24,839 nt of DNA from positions 1 through 24,839 of the forward strand of contig JBHGNT010000447.1 in NCBI GenBank assembly GCA_043228905.1, read 5' to 3'. Positions 12,746 to 19,811 of this stretch are shown here, in pieces; within the stretch, counting starts at the first letter, position 1; each line of letters starts with the position of its first letter. This DNA is from Azolla caroliniana (lineage: Eukaryota > Plantae > Polypodiophyta). Below the pieces are notes generated by a model that was given only the letters and a program-made list of their open reading frames with translations, was not told where the DNA came from and ran no database searches. The position numbers and the translations under genes were made by a program.

Positions 12746-13352
12746 ATAGTGTGTAGATAGTAATGGTGTGACTTTTGAGCTTTGAGTGTTCATACACTCT
12801 CAAGGGTCTGTTCACACACTAGACTAGGTTGAGCTGGATTCTCAACAGGGAGTAATTTGATACCAAGTATCGAGTTGGGACTCCACATATGTGCAAAACG
12901 AGATGCCAAGTATCAAGTTGGTCACATTTCCATACGGGGAGAATGATATGAATGAGAACGTTTCCGTACAGATTAGGGTTTTGTATCTAGAATCTGATCA
13001 GGACTTCTTCTTGGAGGACATGGTCAGGAAGTGTTTGTTGTTGTGGTGTTGTTGGTCACTCTCTCATTGCGTGTTGTCAGTTGCGTGGTCGTTGTGGCAG
13101 TGATGCTCTCCTCTCGTGGACTGTCATGTTCTGCTCTCGTTGATTGTCATGCTCGTGGGTTGTATACTCTCCTCTCTCGCTCATGATCTGACACGTTGTC
13201 CTCTCTCGTGTTCTCTCTCACGCTCTATAAGGAAAGAAGAAAAAGCATGATTATATATAGGGCACAAAAATTAGGTGAGGTTAATTAAAACTTGATCTCA
13301 GTTAGTTAGTTAGATATACAGTTATAATGTAAATATTTATATATATGATTAT

Positions 13353-13982
13353 TGTTAGGAAATAGGTCCCTCCGGATGGGAAGTGAGAAGAACAGTGTTG
13401 ATGAGCAACTCGGTCGAGGCCGAATCCGGATGTGGAGTACCCGACAATGGAAGACCCGGTGAGAACCGGATGACGAGTACCCGGCAAGGAAGACCCGGTG
13501 AGAACCGGATGTTGTAGGCCCGGTGAGAACCTCTCATCGGATGGAAGGGACATATATGTAAATATGTTCCAGAGAGCCCACTGGGGCTATATTTTGTAAA
13601 TAGCTAAAAGTCATATTAGTATAAATATGATCTAGGGCAAACTCAGTAGGGTGTGCGTGTAATTTTGGTGTAACGATTGTATAGAGAGAGAGACAGAGAG
13701 AGCGATACAGAGCATGTCTCTGTTGTAACTGCCGCCAGGCCAAGATCGTGAGCAAGAGGTCGTTGCCTCTGTGCTCCCTATTGTAATTGTTGGCATAGTG
13801 ATAGTTTGGAGTCTGTGGACTCTCATGGTTTTTCCCTCTCAGGGTTTTCCACGTTAACATCCAGTGCACTCTCTTCTTTATTGTTTCGTCTGTAGATACA
13901 TCTCACCACATCCCTGTTTTCTGTGATTGATCTGACGTCTCGGTTGTGGCCGAGCATAGCTTAGGAAATCGTATTCCTATCA
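13353..13982 (+). repeat. 5' LTR of copia copy B (630 bp)
   Basis: TGTTAGGAAA...TTCCTATCA. About 21 substitutions versus the 3' LTR by manual count. TATAAATA at 13620. Confidence 0.96.
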
Positions 13983-13985
13983 AAC

Positions 13986-13997
13986 TGGTATCAGAGC
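13986..13997 (+). other. Primer-binding site (tRNA-iMet) of copia B
   Basis: TGGTATCAGAGC, 3 nt after the LTR end. Confidence 0.95.
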
Positions 13998-14013
13998 GAA
14001 ACGACACAGAAAA

Positions 14014-14429
14014 ATGGATGATTCGTTGGGAGGCATGTTTAAGCTCACTGGCTCCAATTACTCAATGTGGAAGTCGAAGATGAGGGATATGCTCGTGGTT
14101 AAAGATCTTTGGTTGCCGGTTCAGTTCGGGGACAAAAGACCGGACAAAATCGATGCCACGATATGGGAGGTGATGCACATGAAGACAATAGCGGCGTACA
14201 TACGATGCTTCATCGACATGAGTCTATACAACAACTTCAATGAAGAGAGCAAGGCTCATGAGCTCTAGGAGAAGATCAACATTATGTTTCAGAACAAAAA
14301 TGTTGTTAATCAGGTTTCGGTATTTCGGAAGCTAGAAGGACTCCGGTACCAAGATGGCTCCAACATGGCGGAGCACATGAATGCCTTCAAGGGGCTGATC
14401 CACCAGGAAACATCATTGGAAGTACCTCT
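14014..14429 (+). pseudogene. Copia gag N-terminal fragment
   Basis: Near-identical to gag of copy A (MDDSLGGMFKL...ETSLEVP). TAG at 14266. Ends at the deletion junction CCTCT (14425-14429). Confidence 0.92.
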
Positions 14430-15547
14430 ACGGTTTGAAGTAGGCTCCCCGACAATGGTACCGGAAGTTCGACTCCTTCATGATCGACCAAGGGTATCAC
14501 AAAACGCAAACCGATCATTGCGTGTTTGTGAAGGAGTTCGAAGGAGGAGACTTCCTGATACTCCTTCTGTACGTGGACGACATGCTGATCGTCGGACGGG
14601 ACCAAGCCAAAATACGGATGCTGAAGAAGGCTCTCAACCGAACTTTCTCAATGAAAGACTTGGGCCCGACAAGACAGATATTGGGGATGCACATCATCCG
14701 GGGCCGGTCAAAGAAGCAATTGTGGTTGTCACAAGAGAAATACGTGACAAAGGTGCTTCAGCGGTTCAACATGCTAGAAGCAAAACCGGTCGGATCGACA
14801 CTCCCGACAAACTGTAGACTATCCGGTAAGCAAAGACCGAAGATGAAAGTAGAGAAGGCGGATATGGTGAAGGTTCCATATGCCTCTGCCATCGGGAGCT
14901 TGATGTACGTAATGGTGTGTACTCGACCGGATATTGGATACGCAGTCAGAGTGGTGAGCCGGTTTATGAGCAATTGTGGCAAGGAGCACTGGAACGTGGT
15001 CAAATGGATACTCCGGTACTTGAAGGGCATTTCGAATATGTGTCTCCGATTCGGCTCCAGTAAACCTCAACTTGACGGTTTTACCGATTTGGACATTTTG
15101 GTTGATGTGGATACCAGCCGGTCTACATCCGGGTATGTAATGACATATGCAGGGGGAGCTATTTCGTGGCAGTCGAGGCTTCAGAAGATGGTTGCGTTGT
15201 CAACCACGGAAGCGGAGTACATGGCGGTTGTGGAAGCCGGCAAGGAAATATTATGGATGAAGGACTTCATCGGTGAGCTCGGTATCTGGCAAGATGAATA
15301 CCGGCTCTATTGCGACAGTCAAAGTGCCATCCACCTTGTTAAGAACGCAACGTACCATTCCAGGATGAAGCACATCCAGCGTAGGTATCATTGGATCCGG
15401 GAGTGAGTAGAAGATCGAGAGTTCGCGCTGACGAAAATTCACACGGCTGAGAACGGGTCAGATATGCTGACCAAAGTACTGATACTCGACAAGCTGGATG
15501 CATGTCGGAAGCGGATTGGACTAGTAAGACATCCCATGCCGGAGTGA
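14426..15547 (+). pseudogene. Copia RT (C-terminal half) and RNase H fragment
   Basis: LYGLK*APRQWYRKFDSFM, LLLYVDDMLI, PYASAIGSLMY, RSTSGY, ALSTTEAEY, YCDSQSAIHL, KHIQRRYHWIRE*, ENGSDMLTK. Natural stop TGA at 15545-15547. Confidence 0.94.
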
Positions 15548-15555
15548 AGGGGGAG
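15546..15555 (+). other. Polypurine tract of copia B
   Basis: GAAGGGGGAG, 2 nt before the 3' LTR. Confidence 0.92.
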
Positions 15556-15557
15556 TT

Positions 15558-16267
15558 TGTTAGGAAACAGGTCCCTCCGGATGGGAAGTGAGAAGAAAAG
15601 TGTTGATGAGCAACTCGACCGAGGCCGAATCCGGATGTGGAGTACCCGGCAACGGAAGAACCAGTGAGAACCGGATGTGGAGTACCCGGCAATGGAAGAC
15701 CCGGTGAGAACCGGATGTGGAGTACCCGACAACGGAAGACCCGGTGAGAACTGGATGACGAGTACCCGGCAAGGAAGACTCGGTGAGAACCGGATGTTGC
15801 AGGCCCAGTGAGAACCTCTCATCGGATGGAAGGGACATATATGTAAATATGTTCCAGAGAGCCCACTGGGGCTATATTTTGTAAATAGCTAAAAGTCATA
15901 TTAGTATAAATATGATCTAGGGCAAACTCAGTAGGGTGTGCGTGTAATTTTGGTGTAACGATTGTATAGAGAGAGAGACAGAGAGAGCGATACAGAGCAT
16001 GTCTCTGTTGTAACCGCCGCCAGGCCAAGATCGTGAGCAAGAGGTCGTTGCCTCTGTGCTCCCTGTTGTAATTGTTGGCATAGTGATAGTTTGGAGTTTG
16101 TGGACTCCCGTGGTTTTTCCCTCTCAGGGTTTTCCACGTTAACATCCAGTGCACTCTCTTCTTTATTGTTTCGTGTGTAGATACATCTCACCACATCCTT
16201 GTTTTCTGTGATTGATTTGATGTCTCAGTTGTGGCCGAGCAAAGCTTAGGAAACCGTATTCCTATCA
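15558..16267 (+). repeat. 3' LTR of copia copy B (710 bp)
   Basis: Matches 13353-13982 plus two extra 40-bp units. Confidence 0.96.
15631..15789 (+). repeat. U3 tandem array of three 40-bp units plus one 39-bp unit (CCGGATGTGGAGTACCCGGCAATGGAAGACCCGGTGAGAA)
   Basis: Units start at 15631, 15671, 15711 and 15751. The 5' LTR has only the units at 13426 and 13466. Confidence 0.93.
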
Positions 16268-16599
16268 ATTATATATATATTTAATGTGATATTTTTTTAA
16301 TTGTATTTTTATATTTATAGGTATGTGTTTAACTTCAATCATTTTTTATATGCTCTGTTATATTGTATAAGAGCACCTCATTTGAACAATGGTGAATCAT
16401 TTGAGAGGATCTTCCGAGTTTGAGAGAATAAGCCAAAACTCACCATTTTTAGTGGATGAAAATCCTATGTCAATATGATCACCTTTTTTTGTCGAAGAAT
16501 ATTGCTAGTGGACACCAAATACTCAGTCACCATCAACTATTGCCCTAACTCATGAGTTCTCGATTGATGAGTACAACTACAATGAGGATCTAACCTATG

Positions 16600-19036
16600 A
16601 AGAGAATGACAATCAAGCTACCACAAGTGTTGCTGGTGTTGCACATACCGAAGTAAACGAACAAAATGAGCCAACAAATGTATGTGTAGAAGAAATCTAG
16701 TCGGCAAGCCCTATGCATTTCACGAGGGTTCCACGTTGAAACAGTCGAGATAGGTTTGCCCTTGTGACATCTAAGAACCAACTCAGAGTAGATGTCGACA
16801 AAGATTGTTGTGCATGTGGGTGTATGTCTACTATTGGAAAGGATTAGTTATGGTCATTAAGGTGATACTATTTCTCACTCATTGGTGATGAGCAAGACAC
16901 TTATCTTGCAACGAAGATGCAGATGGTGAAGGACATATTGTTAGACATTAAGATCTCATTTGAGTATTATATCTTTTATGGACTACAATGTTGTAGAGTT
17001 GCATTCAAGATTTTGTTATATGTTAGCAACATGAGATTATGTAGAGTGCAACAACGAGTTCTCAATGGTGATCTTAGTGTCGATGGCGACGATGTTCCAA
17101 GTATGAAGGATGCATCCGGAATAAATGCAATCAGTTGGATGAAGAACTAATTCAACCTTAATTGTGAACTAATACCAAATACTGGTAGGTTGCATCTTTC
17201 AGATAATTATACACGATGAGAAGTATATGATGCCTACAGATCAGATATGTTAACGTCAAGTGATAAATATGTCACCTACAGTCAAATCACAAGGTTGTGG
17301 TTAACACAATTCACTAATGTTGTCATACCTTGTAAAGTGCGCATGGGGTATTGTTCTATTTGTGCAAACTTGAAGAGCATTACTAAAGGTGCTAAAACAA
17401 CAAAGGAGAAGGTCATCAATAAACAGTTGTTACATTGAGAAGTGCAAGCACTAGAGTGGAAAAAAGTGATGCACTACAAAGAGAAGCCTTTGAAGAAACT
17501 GGAACACTATATGTGTCTAATGATTGATGGTATGAACCAGAAGAGGACATGTCTACCTCACCTTAGGAGGCTTCCAAAAGACGTCAACGATGAATATCTT
17601 GTTCAGATGCATTTGGTGGGTTGTTTGGCTTATAATGGGACAGGTAAACCTCATGTCTTCATTACTTACCCAAATGTCCACAACGACCCCAATCTAACAA
17701 TTACTGTGATTCAAAGGGTTCTGATGAATCGGGGGCACCCATTGCCCCCTATTCTCTACATTCAATTGGACAACACTACTAGGGAGAACAAGAATTCAAT
17801 TGTCTTCAAATATTTGAGCATGTTGGTGGAACAGGGAGTGTTTAGGAAAGTTAAAGTTATCTTCCTTCTGGTTGGTCACACACATGAAAATATTGATCAG
17901 ATGTTTAGTACATTCTCTAGAGAGTTGTCTCGATATGATGCTTCGATATTACCGAAGTTATTTGATGTCATTCGTGATGCATATACACCACCACGTCTGA
18001 ATGTGCTACACTTAAAGGAGATATATGACTTTAAGAGATACATAGCAAATGGTGGGGAGGAGAATGTGAACGTGTTAGCCCAATTAAACAATATTAGCTT
18101 CAATCACGTGTTCTTGATAAAGAAAAATGATATAAGTGGTTGTACACTATTGCATGCAAAGCAACATTCATCTTCCCCACAGTGGGAGCTAGAAGGTGGT
18201 TGCCAGGTCTTGCTTCATATGTCATTTGTAACTACTGTTCATGGTGCAAAACAAATGCCGATTGAGACTAAAAAGGAAATGCACAGTGACTTGGTAGATG
18301 AACAAAGGAACTTTTGGATGTAAGCCTTACAGGACAAAAGGAAGCACATTGATAATGCAAAGAAGTATGTTGGGCCACAAGATACCTCATGGTGGGACAT
18401 GTTCTTTAGTGATGAACAAGGAATTACTGATAATTCCTTCACTGGTATTTAGCGCTTACAAATACCATTTATGTGGTTCGTACAACACACGCCTAATTCT
18501 CAACTTCACCTCGTGCAACTAATACGGATCTTGAAAACTTGCTCCATCCACAACAGAGAGACATCTATGTGGGACCAAGGATGACAAAAGTAGCAGAAGC
18601 CTGTTCACAAGGAAACACGCAAGAAATAAATGTTGGGATGTTAATTGCCACACTTGCATTTGACAATGACATGGGGCACCAATTCTGGATTGGTAAAGTA
18701 TTGGACGTGGTGATGCATTAAAACCAAAATAAGATAAAGTCAACAAAGGTGCATTGGTACAACACTAAAAGCAAGAATGCCTTTACAGGCAAGTACACAT
18801 TTGAGATCATGGAATGCCCAACGTCAAGAGGAAATAGAAAGCAGAAAAGAAATACTCGTAACATATCGACCCTTGACATGCAAGAGGCGGACATCATTGT
18901 GCACGACTTTACACTAACAAAAGTTGGACGTTTAAGGAAGTCAACAATAGACATAATAAAAGAGAAATTGGCAACTCTACGGGGCTTCTCAGATCGAAGG
19001 TTGACCATGATTTGGAGTCACAACATTTGCTTTTAG
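16600..19036 (+). pseudogene. Cut-and-paste DNA transposase pseudogene, Sola1/DUF7869-like (RNase H-fold DDD core)
   Basis: ORF pieces 16917, 17247 and 17442 are one frame broken by stops. Motifs: KDCCACGC, CCRVAF, RLWLTQFTNVVIP...CSIC, LMIDGMNQ, LYIQLDNTTRENKN, FLLVGHTHENIDQMFS. After a frameshift the frame continues as 18539-19036. The family call is from motif recall. The start and termini are not defined. Confidence 0.75.
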
Positions 19037-19358
19037 ATGAAGACAATGCTTTGATTGATACATCTGATGAGCAAGAGGATGAATCACCATTGTATACTAG
19101 GCTCTATAGTAGTGATTCTTATGGGAGGAATAACTCTTGATTGTATTTTTTGGCATGAACGGTCAACAATATAAGCTTGTAAGAACCCAAATCATGTAAA
19201 GCTTAATTGTTTTAAAATCAATTGCTCATTGTGAATATTGTTTGTTATAAAAAACATGAGTTGTTATTTTTACGATAAAAAACATGGTGTAAAATTCTTC
19301 CATTTGCCTAATTTTGTGAATTTTCAATTTTATGACATGATGATATTTTAAGTCACAT

Positions 19359-19809
19359 GTGACCCAATTCGTCACTCGTTTTGACTTCAAGATTACATAT
19401 CGTCTGGGAAAGCAACAAGAGAAGGCGGATGCATTATCACGACGCTCGTATCTAGCTCCTCGTCCTAGTGATCCGACCTTCGACAATCAAAAGAAAGTAA
19501 TCCTGGGTCCAGCACGACTTCAAGAAACGTGGGTCTTTGGCTCTCCATTGTATCCCCACATTATCGATACCATACATGAAGATTTGAAGACAAATGTTTT
19601 CGCTCAAGCTATTCTAGATCAAATCAATCCTTCTCGGGCATGTTGTTCATGATCACAACACCCAGCTATAGATTATTAGCACAACCGAACATTTTGGAAG
19701 TACTAAAACGTTGGATTTAGTACAACGATCATTTTGGTGGCCTCATATGAGAAGATTTATCGAAGACTATGTTCGGACATATGATACATGTTGTAGAGCG
19801 AAGATGCCG
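19359..19809 (+). pseudogene. Ty3/gypsy pol fragment (end of RNase H to integrase zinc finger), chromovirus-like, internally deleted
   Basis: QFVTRFDFKITYRLGKQQEKADALSRR, then HFWWPHMRRFIEDYVRTYDTCCRAKMP near 19730-19809. Confidence 0.8.
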
Positions 19810-19811
19810 CC

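Larger units (their letters stand above)
13353..16267 (+). mobile_element. Ty1/copia copy B with both LTRs, internally deleted and non-autonomous (2915 bp)
   Basis: TG...CA LTR pair, perfect 5-bp TSD ATTAT (13348-13352 and 16268-16272), PBS and PPT. The internal region is only 1575 bp. Confidence 0.96.

Noticed and set aside
12856-12865. Minus-strand tRNA-iMet PBS-like TGGTATCAAA
   Set aside because: Only 8 nt match the PBS seen in copies A and B, no LTR CA end precedes it and no gag follows. It is better explained as part of the duplicated palindromic 20-mer.
13302-13869. Antisense ORFs in the LTRs (also 9841-10196, 15339-16194, 21735-22235) with repeated peptides
   Set aside because: They are by-products of GC-rich tandem repeats and LTR duplication, with no protein motifs and inconsistent frames between LTR variants.
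14284-14817. 177-aa ORF as a novel gag fusion protein
   Set aside because: It is about 48 gag codons running out of frame across the deletion junction into RT sequence, downstream of a premature stop.
15631-15815. CRISPR-like array of ~40-bp periodic repeats with palindromic cores
   Set aside because: Units are head-to-tail with no unique spacers, lie inside LTR U3, and there are no cas genes. The context is eukaryotic.
9945-16267. One full-length copia element from LTR A to the last LTR, since gag-PR-IN and RT-RH look complementary
   Set aside because: LTR A is a different variant, copy B has its own LTR pair with ATTAT TSD and its own gag start, and about 600 bp of unrelated DNA separates the copies.
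12767-19356. GTGACTT (12768) and AAGTCAC (19350) as terminal inverted repeats of the DNA transposon
   Set aside because: Only 7 bp match and the flanks do not form a TSD, so it is indistinguishable from chance.
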